A stretch of 64,000 nucleotides of DNA from Nemertoderma westbladi (Eukaryota > Animalia > Xenacoelomorpha), in NCBI GenBank assembly GCA_032718475.1, contig JAUCBJ010008062.1:11706-75705 (forward strand), given 5' to 3'. The notes below the pieces were generated by a model that saw nothing but the letters and a program-made list of their open reading frames with translations, made no database searches and was not told where the DNA came from. The position numbers and the translations under genes were made by a program. Shown here one piece after another: positions 37,412 to 50,534 of the stretch (the first letter of the stretch is position 1; each line of letters begins with the position of its first letter).

Positions 37412-37715
37412 GAGCAACAGCGTCAAAGTGGGAGAAATTTCGGTCTAACATTTATATATTTCTTACAGGCAGACAAATAATGTTTAGAAAATGTTATTAA
37501 CAGTTATATCATATCACATACAATCTGTGAGGTAATAATTAATTGAATACTCTACAACAGTAATTTAATTCATTATATAGGAAGCTATTATCCAATGGTG
37601 GACATACTATTTGTTACTTTGCAGTGGCCTGTTGATGCGCATTAAATGTACCGCTGCCGAATTTACCAACGCACTATGGCATATTATATACGATTCCTTC
37701 AAATAGCTTCCCTTA

Positions 37716-37835
37716 GGGGGCGTTCATAAAGTATGTCACGCACTAGGGGGAGAGGGGGGGGGGGGGGGGGGTCGAGCTTGCGTGACATTTTATGACAGAG
37801 GGGGGAGGGGGTGTCGACTTTTGTGACGGTCACGG
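37716..37835 (+). mobile_element. Single end of a probable MITE
   Basis: TTA|GGGGGCGTTCATAAAGTATGTCACGC followed by G-runs and CGTGAC repeats. No partner end was found. Confidence 0.4.
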
Positions 37836-38254
37836 CGATGTTCTATGCTTTAATGTTAGCTTGGCTTTGATTTTCACACATGTGTAGAAGAGTGGGTAAC
37901 TTTAAGGAAAACAATAAACTCAATAACATTGAGTATAATCGATAAATTGGGGACGACTAAGCCATTGACTCCGACTCTGTAATACCTGTTATTAGTTTCG
38001 TTTAACATTTATTTTATTGAACATCGAGGTTCACCCAATTGGGCAACAAGCATAATGCTTATAAGCACCCTGTTGGGCCGAGGAATACAAATTAACAAGG
38101 TGCACTGGACCCACCACCACTCTAAAATGGAGTACGTTAACACTAACAGCAATAAGCTAGTCTAAAAAATTTAAACATCAGAAAAAAATTAACACTATTA
38201 TTAAAGAAAACAGAACCAATTGAGCCAAACGAAACCAGCCACAAGCACTACATA

Positions 38255-38880
38255 CACGTTCGTGGGGACTTCGCGCAGCACGTAGTCGGCAAGCCTTGGC
38301 ATACGGTTCATATAGAGCAAATGGGGCATGTCTAGTTTGGACCCAATATCCCATGCTATAAATGTATTCATTCGATATACAATCATATGTTAATCCGCTA
38401 GGTGGTGTCAAATTGTTATTCTGCAATTTCGTACTTACCAGTGCAACACTGTACAGCAGTACCGTACCGGTAGGCCTATGTCATTACTTCTGAGTCTCTA
38501 GCGGATCCCCAATTAAATGTCTTAACTTTTCAATTTCGTAAAAGATAGACTTCATGATTCTCTACAGGCCACCAAAATTTCAGCTCAGGAAAATGAGGCC
38601 TTCCCGAGAAATTTAACATTTTCTAAAAACCACATAATCTGTCGTAGCTGACGTCAGACTGCATGATTTTTCACCAAACTTTACAAACTTTCTAAACTTT
38701 CTCTCTACTACTTACCTACTAAGTTTGGTTCAATTCCGAACGAGCGATGCCGAGAAATTCGCGTTCAAACATTTACCAGACGGACGGACGGACAGACAGA
38801 CAGACAGACGGACATGCCCCATTTGCCCTATATGAACCGTATGCAAAGGCTCGCCGACTACGTGTCTCGCCCCACATACA
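38255..38880. mobile_element. Helentron/HINE (DINE-1-like) non-autonomous element
   Basis: A ~55-bp inverted pair CACGTAGTCGGCAAGCCTTGGCATACGGTTCATATAGAGCAAATGGGGCATGTC (~38280-38332) and ~38811-38864, next to a (GACG/GACA)n microsatellite. Related degenerate ends lie at ~2300-2367 and ~32010-32116. Confidence 0.55.
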
Positions 38881-39059
38881 CCACACATACTCACATACAT
38901 ACAGATACACACACACATACACCCCTTTCATACTTGTTAGTGCTATTGAAATTTACCAAGATTATAATATTTTTATTAAGAATATTAACCCATACTGTAC
39001 TAAAAACTAGAATGCTTAGTATCCCAGAGAGTTGAATCGTTTCGTGTCAGTTAATACTG

Positions 39060-40140
39060 AGAGACTGCTGTAAAGATTTTATGCGAAATATCAGATTTAA
39101 TTTTGTTTTTGGGTCCATATAATAACAATGTCAATGTAGGATTCTCTCGAAGAGATGAGATAGTGTTGTAAAGAACATTTTGTTGAACGGAGTAATTAAT
39201 ACATTCTGTAAAAAATGATGGAATGCGTCTTCCCTAGCATGACCACAAGAATATTTAGGTGACGATTTAACGTGGTTTAAGTACAAGTCATTATTGGGGG
39301 AGGAACAGTTACATCTGAATCGTGCACGAGTACCGTTCCTTGTGGGTGTTCCTAACTTATAGTAATAGGGGAGGGACTATTGGTATTGTAGTGATTGCTA
39401 TGGACTCCATTGCCAGACGTTTAAAAACTTCTATAGAAGTGGCTGGCGCGTTTCCTCTGAAAGGATGTTCCATAAACAGACGTCATATGGTAGAAAGGAA
39501 TCACGATAAAAAGTAGTCCTAGCTAGAGGCGGCCGCAAGTCGTTTGTATTGCGTGTATTGTATGCACTAGCTGCCCCTACACTCTCTGGTATGTAGTATA
39601 TCAGTTAAGTGAATTGGCGCTCTCCCTGAAAACATCTTATGCATTATACATAATTTATGGAGGTTCTCCTGTCTTGAAGAGTGGGTAAGCCTCTTTATAT
39701 AAATTTACAGAGGAGCAGGATATAGTTAGCCTACAGATTATACGTATAGCCTCTTTGTTTAGCAGTTCTACAGAATCCTTAAGTTCATCAGAACAGTTAT
39801 CCCACACTGGTGAAGCGTATTCGAGAGTTGATCTTATGAACGATATGTAAATATTATGCAGAGCTGACCTACTGACTTTGTATTTGACTGTGCGAAGTAG
39901 GTTTAGTTTACGTGTAGCGGCGGCGACTATTTATTTAATATGAAGATTCCACTTAAGATCATTTGCAATTAAGCAACCAAGATGTTTATGTTGATGAACA
40001 GAAGCGATATGGTCGTTATTAAGAGTTAATGGAAAATGGTCGGGATGAAGAGATCGCCGACTTATTATTTAGATGCATTAAAGTTAACCAACCATTTCGC
40101 GAATATTTTGGTATATGTTTGATTAAAATTGAATGAAAAA
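39060..40140 (-). pseudogene. Degraded 3' part of a CR1/L2-group LINE ORF2
   Basis: The reverse strand reads HKHLGCLIANDLKWNLHIK*IV and IYISFIRSTLEYASPVWDNCS, with stops and frameshifts. Confidence 0.8.
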
Positions 40141-40405
40141 TAAAAAAAGTAGTAGGGAATTTAGTGATGAAAAAAGTCAAAATCGACAAACTGAGAGTTT
40201 TATTATTTAAAGGTTGTTTTATAGAGAGTCATGAATATCAGCCATAAATATACTTTTGTTTTTGTTGAAAAATTCAGTTTTGTGGTCAAAAAATTATTCA
40301 ACGGTGAAAATCTGCATTTGGCTGTCAAGTTTCCCTTGTCTATCCGTCGACTGGTCTCATAGGCTTCCCGGACGCCCGACTGCACGGACGTCCATAAGTC
40401 AGGTC

Positions 40406-40589
40406 AATAGGAAATATAGGCTATCTTTTTGGAGTTATTTCTGCCCTGGTGATTAAATGAGAAAACAACAAGTTCTTTACTATCAATTAATTTCTGCTCT
40501 TTCTAATTAATATCAAATAATTAAATTATTTGTTGTTTTCTCATTTAATCACCAGGGCAGAAATAACTCCAAAACCTATATTTCCTATT
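40406..40589. repeat. Near-perfect hairpin / mini-MITE
   Basis: Perfect 45-bp arms TTTTGGAGTTATTTCTGCCCTGGTGATTAAATGAGAAAACAACAA (40427-40471 vs 40530-40574) plus outer AATAGGAAATATAGG arms. Confidence 0.85.
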
Positions 40590-40919
40590 TACGGTGAATG
40601 CCCTAAAATCGGCTTGCAGCGGACTGAATGTTTTCGATAAGTCAGGTCAGTCTGTTATGTCTGCCCGTTCCTGTGAATGTCTGACCGGACGTCTGGCTGT
40701 TCTGTTGGTCTGTCCGGAATCCGATCCCATAGTTTTGTCGGGCGTCAGTCATGGTAACTTCTGGAAGCCGGTGTATACTCTAGTACGTAGGGATGAACAT
40801 AGCGTGAAGGGAGTTTGGGAAGTTTTAGTTTTATGAGCATTTATTTGTAAAATAAGTTGAACAATTGAAGCTCTAAAATAAATAAGATTCAATACTAAAA
40901 AAAAATGACACTTATTAGC

Positions 40920-41245
40920 CTATAACGTATGAGAGAAAGAGTCTTTCAACTGTCTGAGTTTCTTCTGAGCCCACACGGCCTGAATCTCGATATCCTCCTG
41001 TGAGTTCGGATTAGCTCCGATGTAGTCGCCTAGCAACCGAAGTAAACGCGGATCCCGCGTCCTTAGGAACGGGTTGTATAGAAGCTCGTCTCCGAGCCGG
41101 GATGGTACCGTCGATATCCGGTCGGCGCGCTGTGCGACGACCCGACTCAGTTTACTCGTGGCCAACTCGTTGTCGGGATCCACATGGACGACGAACTTTA
41201 AGTTATTCAGGGAATATTCGTGTCCCGGGAATATCAGACTGTTAT
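40920..41245 (-). CDS. PNKD/HAGH-like (glyoxalase II family) metallo-hydrolase, exon 2
   Basis: Phase-1 acceptor ctcctcacag|AT; motifs IFPGHEYSLNNLKF, TVPSRLGDELLYNPFLR and LRQLKD. Confidence 0.88.
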
Positions 41246-41575
41246 CTGTGAGGAGGATAGCGTCATAGAGACATCCACCTAGCAACCAAAACCGTGGAAG
41301 TTTACGGTTGTAAATTGGTTTTAAGTAAGGGGAATTAATTCACTACCATTTTATAAACAATAAAACAAATAGTTTTTCTACATTCTACAGATTTTAGGCA
41401 GATCACGAGAGAGACAACGCGTTTATCGTTTGAATGTCTACAGTGGAGGTACAGGCCAATTTTAGATCCAACCTGGGTAAATCCACAATGTTAATTATAA
41501 GTATAAGGAAAATAGCAGGTTATAGAAGCATCTAATTCGCTAACCAAAAACAAGAAATGTCAGTCAATCTTGCAA

Positions 41576-41752
41576 CATGTGTTAACTTTCGTTTATTGTT
41601 TTTGTTTCCCCCAACACGCTTCTGTAACCTGATCCTTTACTAACCTGCTCCTTTAAATGGCAATGGGACCCAACGCTCTTTGTGATCTGTACAAAACAGG
41701 TTACAGAGGCGTGTTGTGGGATCCAAAACAATAAACGAAAGTTAACACATGT
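41576..41752. repeat. Intronic inverted repeat built from the shared cassette
   Basis: ACATGTGTTAACTTTCGTTTATTGTTTT...CTGTAACCTG is mirrored by CAGGTTACAG...AAAACAATAAACGAAAGTTAACACATGT. Confidence 0.8.
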
Positions 41753-41884
41753 ATTTTGTACAGGTACTGTATTTATTCTTTGGGTCTCTTTTTGTAGTCA
41801 CCCATGATGGACATGTTTTTGGGTAACAAATATTGATTTTTTTAGTGGCTTATAGGCGAAAAAGTCTCTATGTGCGATATCCAC

Positions 41885-42545
41885 CCGGCTGTTTCATAAG
41901 GCGATCCAATGAGGTCTGCAGAACCATAGCGGAACCCTCAAACATTCTACCGACAGACCCAACGAACAGAAGATCCCCAGTGAACAAATACGGTGCGTTG
42001 TCAGGCCCGGTATCGAGCTGGTAGACCATGTGACCGACGGTATGACCCGGGGTGAACAGACAGGTAAACGAGAGACAACTCCCTGGCACATTGTACGTCT
42101 CTCCGTCAACTAGTTCCACGCTACAATCATACGGATGATCCACGGAGCTGCCAACGATATCCTTACAACTAAAATGTTTCGATAGGATTCTATTCCCCGC
42201 GCAGTGGTCCCAGTGTTTGTGTGTGGACAATATGGCCCCGAGAACTGACCCCGTCGCACTAACTCCGGAGATTACAGGCTCGGCGTCACATGCGTCTATA
42301 ACAGCGCAAACGTTAGTCGCTAGGTCCGTAACTATGTAACTGTAGTTGTCTGCGGAACAACAAACAGGCCGGATACTAACGCCGTTAATTGTCGTGTCTT
42401 CCACCTTCGAGTGGGGAAGTCCATTCAACGCCTTCGTTGCCTTCGAAATCCCCCGTGTGTGGTAATAGTAGCCCAATGACGTATTTGTATAAAGGTAATA
42501 ACCCACACTAAACAACTTAGCTTTTAAACCGCTAAAACCGGACAT
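41885..42545 (-). CDS. PNKD/HAGH-like (glyoxalase II family) metallo-hydrolase, exon 1
   Basis: DNYSYIV, THKHWDHCAGN, TPGHTVGH and LFTGDLLFVG..GRMFEG, with a PNKD-like N-terminus (LFSVGYYLYTNTSLG). Phase-1 donor G|gtggat restores QPDNSLIFPGHEY and gives 328 aa. Confidence 0.88.
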
Positions 42546-43963
42546 CTTGCTAAGATACTGCACTATACTAACGGCAGTAGGGTTGGGAATGATCAAGCCT
42601 TATCTACAGCGGTACCGGTAGGCGGTAGGTAAATTATTAGGTTATTAATAATTAAAGATTAAATAAAAAATAAACATGTCGTTAAATCGTTATTACCGGT
42701 ACCGGCGCATTGTAATGTATCGTATAAAGCCATCACAAGACATGGTTCGGTTGTACAACATTACTTGTACAATGTATACACTCAGCATTTCTTCCACTTT
42801 GGGTCGATTAAATGGAGATCAGGGCATTCAAGGCTCTGATCCTGATCTCCATTTATGAGATGGGGGACTGGACGCAAATATCATCTTAGCTTAGCGGATT
42901 AATATCTCGCCTCAATGTTATTTATATTCTCCATTTAGGGAAAGGAGCAGTTTACAGTGGCACGTTATTCTAAACAAAACAATAAAAAAATCGCAGAACA
43001 GGTTACACGTTACAGTTCTATTTTTGGAGTAATCAACTGTTGCCCTATCTGATAAAATGAGGTCATTTAATTTAGTTAGTTACTGGTATCAAAGCATATG
43101 GGATAGGATAGAACTACTGTAGCAGTAGCATCCACTGCCCGACATTCTGTGTCTGAAAGTTAATACCTTCCACCGTTTCCTTGATTTTCCTTGAGAATCC
43201 GTTTAAGCTTAAACTTTACAAGACAAATTTCTGCTTCATTAAATTAGGCAGCAGATTATTTTTGGCCGCAACTTTACGAGTTTTAATCGTAGGGAGCTGG
43301 TTTTGGGTTCATTCTCTGATTCTCTATCTGCAAATGATATTCTCCACATGAAGAATATCTTGGTGCGTTGACTTGGAGTGGAGACTGTGCCATATTGGCC
43401 GTAATGGCCGATGGATGTGTTACAGTACATTGGGATGTAAAGGGTTGTCAGATGAGTGACAGGGGGCACCAAAAGGGATTGCTTTGGAATGTTCCTGGAA
43501 ATTCGATTTATCTGCTGCTGAGTAGGCCTACCTACCTACTATACTTTATTTTGAATTGAGTCCATAAATCAATAAACATATGGAGGAGCTACAGTATTTA
43601 GCCAATCAACTCACTGCAAGACGATACCACGCAGGGCTTTGAGTGTTGGGCTGGAGAAATACGGCAATATTGGATTCCCTTCAAATACCTGAATACAGTG
43701 GTTGTGGTGGTAGGCTCTTGATTTAATTTATATTTCCATTTACCTTTCTGCCTTTCTTTATACAGTTATAAAAGATAAAGTTCGTTGTATTTCCGATATT
43801 TGACAAGTAAACGGGTAACAACAATATAACACTGTGATTAGAAACAAATGTGTACTTTATTTTTATACTGTCAGACTGACACTGTCATTGTTTAAAATAA
43901 GAGTCTCTTCTGACCTTACTCTTAGTTTAATATCTCTCAATATTATTTTTGTTGTTTGGCGCT

Positions 43964-44246
43964 ATGACGAGTAGCTCAACTAATCGAACTGCAACTGGAC
44001 AGGAACTTGAGAGGGGAATAAGCGAAACTGTCAATGGGTATATTGACAAGGATAGTAGTAGCGGAGATGATAAGATCGATAATAATAATAGCGCCTCGGA
44101 AATCATGACGTTTGAAGTTTTACAGAAATCGTCTTTCGATAGGGAAATAAAAATGGAACACCACCTACATGAAGATGATGCGGTTGCGGTATCCAACAAG
44201 CGGAAAAGAACAAACAACGAAGTAGACTCCAGTTATTTCTGTTCAG
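43964..44246 (+). CDS. BEN-domain protein, probable exon 1
   Basis: ATG at 43964, acidic low-complexity sequence and a KRKR NLS-like motif. Phase-1 donor CAG|gtgtgt is compatible with the acceptor at 46313. Confidence 0.55.
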
Positions 44247-44315
44247 GTGTGTACTTCGTGTTTTATACCTTGTTGTACAGTTGTAGTGATGAGTCTACAG
44301 ATAGCTGGATAGCAT

Positions 44316-46202
44316 AATAATAATTTATTACATGGGAAAAAACTTTTTTTCACTATTCTCGAGTTGTCTTATTTACCGAGCTCCAGCGAGGTAATTTAAG
44401 GGTCGGAGAAAATATTGAAAAAAATGTTATACGTTTTTTTCCCATGTGAAGTGTACCAGACTTTCTGCTGTTATGTTTCACTTTACAGTTTACCCCCATG
44501 TGAAGAATATCAGGTTTTCACTGAAACCATAGGTTTTCCCTGAAAAGAAAACACATGTTTTCACTGCCGTTTTCACTGAAAACACATGTTTTCACTGAAA
44601 ACACATGTTTTCACTGAAAACACATGTTTTCACTGAAAACACATGTTTTCACTGAAAATACAGGTTTCAGAAGGGCTAATTCTAACCAAAACAAGGTTCA
44701 AAGTTCAAACCTTTTCTACATCGATGCTCTTTCAACACAGAAATTCCACCTAAAATATTTTATTTTACTGTTTTCGCCGGGAAAAAATTAAAATCAATGC
44801 AATCCTATGGGTTACTTTTTTGAATTTCCATAGGGAAAACTTTTCTCTCGATTAGAAAAACTTGTAAAAAATATTACTAGCGCGTTATCACTGTCGGACC
44901 CGATCGGACCCACGTCCGGATCCTCAGTTTCAGTTAGGTAGGCCTACCTAACTACTTGCTTCCATTCTGTAGAATTGGCCTTAGCTATTCAAATATAATT
45001 ATTGTATAATAATATACTGTGTTACTGTTTACGTGTATCCGTAGCCATCCATCTAAGTAACTCTTCAATTTGTGAGCTATGCTGAAAAATTAGTGAAAAA
45101 AGACTTGATTGAGAGCAGAGGAAGAAGTACTGCTTTCGCTCACTATTGTTACTTTCTATATTTCTTTTAGTGATAGATAGTGGAAAATGTATCTCATTCG
45201 ACCGAGCGCAGGAGCTGTGTTATTACATTATTTACTGGGTTGGAGACCCGGCCACAGTTGCATTTTTTTGTATTTTTCACAGATAGTGGCGCACTTTAAC
45301 CGCAAGCGAAAATAATGATCTTCAGCACAAATTGACCGCAAGTGAAATAATGTATAGTTTACTGTTTGGTTAGAAAACACCGCCACTGTAACCTGTTCCT
45401 TTCCCTTAATGTTTTTAATTAAATTAAACCAATTTGTAAAACCCACTAAAATTTATTTTGTGGTTGCGGTCATTTCGCGCCATTGACACATTTTTCATGA
45501 TACAATAATGTATTAAATATATAAAAAACCGTGTATGAAAGAACTCCTTGTCACAAATTTCGGTTACAACCGAAATTCAGATATTCTGCTCTTGTGTACC
45601 GGTATTGAATGTTGCACTCGATACCATAAAACCTTCTAAAAACCTTGTCAATTCGTGCAAAGCTCAATACGCTCGGACAGAATAACTGAATTTCAGTATA
45701 TTAAAATGAGTGACAGATAGTGCTTCTTGCCCATAATTTTTTCCTTATGGAAGAACGTTACTACTCTCTGGAATATTGGTGAAAAGCAAAAGAAGTTGAA
45801 GCCTTCTTTTATCAAATTGTTACTTTTTCGCCCTAATATACCCGAAAATCGGGTGAAAAATATATACTTTTTCCCAAGGGAAAAAGTGACCTTTAGCATT
45901 TCGTTAAAAATATTTATTTGATTTAGGTGAGGCTGATGGCTATACTTAGGTCATAAATGTTACAGAACACTGAATTATTATTTAACATTGAGTAAAGGTA
46001 GCAAGCATGAAGTGTACAGTAATAATTGGAATCGTAGTAACTGTGTAAGCAATAATATTACAGTTTAATTTATTTTGTAACATTATTTAGTTATAAATTC
46101 TTAAAGAAAATTGAAACGAAATAGTACGAATTTAAGAATAAAATTACGTATTTCATGGGAAAAAACGTAAGACATATATTTCCCATGTAATAAATAATTA
46201 TT
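44316..46202. mobile_element. Unclassified TIR element filling most of the BEN-gene intron
   Basis: AATAATAATTTATTACATGGGAAA versus TTTCCCATGTAATAAATAATTATT; internal ATGGGAAAA / TTTCCCAT subrepeats. Confidence 0.6.
44548..44660. repeat. 20-bp tandem repeat AAAACACATGTTTTCACTG-like (~5 copies)
   Basis: Seen directly; period roughly 19-20 bp. Confidence 0.8.
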
Positions 46203-46312
46203 TTTTCTCAAATTTTCAGAGACAATAAGTGAAACAAGTTATAAGTGAGAAAAGGCGAATTTTTCAAATAAATTATACTCGGCTTTATTTTATTCAATTT
46301 TAATTTATTTAG

Positions 46313-47175
46313 ATGAGGAATGGGCCAGAGCCGGAATAGAGCCAACCCCGGTGAGATCCACTACAATCGTCAATGAACCTGTTGGGACTATGGCGTTCGC
46401 TGAAATTGAGCCAAGAGAAGATTTTATATCAACTTCAGCTGCGGAAGCGGCAACTGTGCCTTATTCACAACATCTACCATTGGGGAGGTTAGCCCAGAAT
46501 TTAGCGCACCAATCTGTTTCTCCAAGTCCGTTACAAAGCGAGCCAGAGTTATCTCAACCTGCTGCACATACAGACAGCCCTGGGGATCCATCTGGTACCC
46601 TCGCGAATTCCAACATCCTCGTCCCAGCACAACTGATACAACAGACTAACGCAGTGCTGCATCAGGTGGCTATTTCATTGGATAAGTTGTCGCAGAATAT
46701 AGGGACACAAAACGCGCTTCTGTCCGCCTTGTATCAGAATCAAGTCAGCCCATTTCTGGGTGGCTTGACATCTTCCACGACGAACCCCAATGAGACGTCC
46801 AATGCACCGAGTGTCGATGTCAATGTCAGCCTCCCTCAGCTGGCCGATATAAACATAGAATCATACGGCGTTAAATATTCCACTCTTATAGCCCTTGACC
46901 TGGAACCCGAAGTCGAAACGAGGTCGAAATTCTTCATGAGATTGTTGCATCTCGTGTTCGATGCCACCGAAATATGCAACAATGCAACTATTGGGCAGTC
47001 GAAAACGAAAAATAGACTCGATATTCATAAAGTCAACTGGGCCAAAAAAGTTACATTTCACTTTCGAAAGTTAGCGGCTGGTGAAAGTATTGTTAAGGTT
47101 TGGGGGAAAGTTCAAAATATTGTGAACACAACGCTCTACGAATATTCCAGAAAGCCTCAGCCATTACAAGGTTAA
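46313..47175 (+). CDS. BEN-domain protein, terminal exon
   Basis: Phase-1 acceptor ttatttag|AT. A coiled-coil-like segment precedes SKFFMRLLHLVFDATEI....G.....RLDIHKVNWAK........VWGKVQNIVN, which fits the BEN domain pattern. ATAAAT/AATAAA-like signal near 47270. Confidence 0.75.
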
Positions 47176-47599
47176 TTGCTTTTGTCGATTTAATTTACTT
47201 TTTTAGAACAATTACAATGACTCGTTTAAATATTGATTATCTATTTGTTGCTGATTTTATTGCATTTATAATAAATGATATCCACATGCATTTTTACTAA
47301 ACTAAAGCCAAAGGCACACGAAGTTTAACTTTCTAGTTTAAAATTATATGTCGTTCGCCTCTTGTTGAGGGATGCGATCAATTTGGACATCCACAACCGG
47401 TAATAACTTCCTATCCCTAAGTCAGACGTAACAGACACCAATCACGCTCGACCATTAGATGCCCTCTGACCTACCTAAACAGTATCCCCCTGTGTGAAGG
47501 AAACACTTTGTGTATAAATAAAGTAGACATTTTATCAAGTGTGAACACGTATTTGATCCGGACCACCGGAAAAAAATTGAATTTTAAATACAACTACTA

Positions 47600-47878
47600 T
47601 GTTCCACCTTGGTGTAGTGGTCGCATTGAATTCACATCTCCCATAGGTCGTGGGTTCGATCCTCACATGGGCCAGGGCAGTTTTCGTTTCGGCACGAATG
47701 CTTTAAAGGGTCCAGCCAGGGCGCATCTCTGCCTTGCATCCTTTAGTGGTAGCTAAATGACTACTAGAGTTTCCTCTGGGGAGTGAAGTTCTGGGGGGAC
47801 CGCAATGGAAATAAGTCGTCAGAGTTTGTGCGTAATCCCTGGCCTAGCGGCCGAAGAAAATTTACTTTACTTTACTTT
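47600..47878 (+). mobile_element. tRNA-derived SINE with LINE-like 3' tail
   Basis: A box TGGTGTAGTGG (~47611) and B box GGTTCGATCC (~47653); tail GGGGGACCGCAATGGAAATAAG, ending in (TTTAC)n. Confidence 0.75.
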
Positions 47879-47899
47879 TAATGATGTACTAAAGCTTAA

Positions 47900-50534
47900 C
47901 CCTGTTACCACTGGGGGGGGGGGGGGGGGGAATCGCCCCTTCCTAATTTTTAATTGCTGTAACTATGCAACCACATTACGTACCGGCCCAATTTTTATTG
48001 AGAATTAGCCAAATTTAATGCCGCATCTTTTGCAAAAAACGACGTTGCAATTGGATTTCTACTTTTCGATGTGGGTGCCACCTCAAATTGTGATCTCCAG
48101 CACCAAATTTTTTGAAATTTTCTAATTTTACAAAGTCATTCGTGATTTAGTAATTATTTATGTTTGGGCTATTATTATTTATTTTTGTTGGTTTGGATCA
48201 CTCTAATGCAATATACAAGTATGTAAGTGTAGTGGTACGTCATTTTTGGGGCACCAAAATTAGGGCGTGGCACTTTAAAATTCAAAATTACTTTATTCGG
48301 AAAATTTACTAAAGTTTTGATTTCGAAGCATGTTTGCGCTTTTAAAGACCTTTGACAGTTTAACCTGCCAAAATTAGAATGTCTTTTGGATGATAGATAG
48401 TCTTTAGCCTATGACGAGTATTTGATACACTACATTAGCCGAAGCCAGTCTATGCGCAATCATTCACCCGTTGGATATACCCGGGAGACTGAGTTCGGGG
48501 CTTAATGATTGATGGTGTAAGCCTACTGTATTATTCGACTGATCGTAATATATAATCTCTGACAAATATTATTCACTTTCGGGAAATATTAACAGTTCCT
48601 TTAGGACGTGGCGCTCTAAATATATAAACAGAGTTATGACTTAAACTAGTCACAACGAAAAGGCTATAGATTCACGTATATGGCACATTCTTTAGGAGAT
48701 GTTTTGTTATCAGTTACACTCATACACAATGCTGCACAATACTGCACACTAATCTGCCGACCTTCACTAAATTTGGTCACGTATAAAGAGAGCAACAGAC
48801 AATTTATGTTGGGCATATGAAATAGCATTAGATTCACTTCAAACCACTCAACATAGGTCGCAATCGTTTATCTGTAACCGGTCTCTCTAACCTTTAGTAT
48901 ATCAAGAAGGTGGGGTGTCTGACTATTGATCAGTATTCCGATATAATATTTCATCAACCAATATAATGAATAACCGACAGTAAAAGCAGTAATATTAATG
49001 TATAAATGATTATTAAGTGAATGAGTTAACTTGTGTAACTCGTGTGTAGTTAAGATAACAGATATACGCTCTATAATTGAGCCTACTAATGTAAGACTAA
49101 AGACTGAAAACACGGAGGTGCCAAAAGCCGGTTCTTAGGCTCTGGGCAAAAACATAACACTGAACACTGATAAGAATAACCTTATTTACAAAGGCTTCCA
49201 CCCACCACAGAGAATGAGCATAAAGATAGGAAATTCAGTTCAGTAGATCTGTGATAGGTCGAAATCAAAACCAACTCAAATCCTATTGGCAGATACAGAA
49301 AGTTGCAACGTGGCAATATCAGCCGTTAGCCGTCGTCATGGTAGCGACACTGTTTTCAAGAGTATCGAGCTTTTTACGTCATGAAATTGCAGATTATGTC
49401 CTCTAAAGTACAAATACAGAAGAAATGGCTTTTATGTCCTCCAAAACACCAGTACAGCAAGGACACGGCCTTTTTATGCCTGGTAAACCAACCACAGAGT
49501 ACTTTACGGGGATAATAACCGGCTAATTACGCAAAAGCTTTTACAAAGCATTTTTATTGGTTTTCTGGAGCGCTGAATCGATTGAAAGTAATATAGAAGC
49601 CTGAAGACTTAGTGGTTCGCCATTTTTGGTGCACCAAAATTAGGGCGTGGCACTTCAAATTTTGAAAAATACGAGATTCGGAAAATACACTAAAGTTTAG
49701 ATTTCAAAGCATTTTTATAGGTTTTCTGGAGCGCTGAATCGATTGAAAGTAATATAGAAGCCTCAAATCCTTGGTGTACGTAATTTTCGGTGCACCAAAA
49801 TTAGGGCGTGGCACTTCAAATTTTCAAAATTACTTTATTCGGAAAAAACACTAAAGTTTTGATTTCAAAAAATGGCTAACCTCTAAGTCTTCAGGTGTCT
49901 ATATTACTTTCAATCGATTCAGTGGTCTATAAAACCTATATAAATGCGTTAAAATTTCAATTTTGGTTTATTTTCCGAATCTCGTATTTTTCAAAACTTG
50001 AAGTGCCACGCCCTACTTTTGGTGCACCAAAAATGGCAAACCACTAAGGCTTCTATATTACTTTCAATCGATTCAGCGGCCCAGAAAACCTATAAAGATG
50101 CGTTGAAATAAAAAATTAGGGGCATTTTCTGAATATCTTATTTTTCAAAATTTGAAGTGCCACGCCCACTTATTAGGTGCACGAAAAATAGCATCCACTT
50201 CAATTTTTGGAAATGGAATATAATCACATTCGATTCAGCGTCTTGAAAAACCTACTAAATCTAACCAACACTGACACACTATTAGTTTTTAGAAAACGAA
50301 AAATTTTGTAATTTTGTCCTGGGACTACTTTTATTTTTCATCAAAATTATGATTCCCTGCTTATGAAATTTTAACTTTTTAAGGTTTGGTAGTGTTCATC
50401 TATAGTTGTTTCACAAACAGCCCAAATTTTGTAGGATTTCATTGGACGGTTGCAAAAATATAGTGGGTGGGCCGAATCGCCCCCCCCCCCCCCCCAGTGG
50501 TGCTAATGGTCAAAACACCCCAGTGGTAATAGGG
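47900..50534. mobile_element. piggyBac-like non-autonomous element, 2635 bp
   Basis: TTAA at 47896-47899 and 50535-50538; TIR CCCT(G/A)TTACCACTGGGG. Internal direct and inverted repeats contain GGTGCACCAAAATTAGGGCGTGGCAC; no transposase ORF. Confidence 0.88.
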
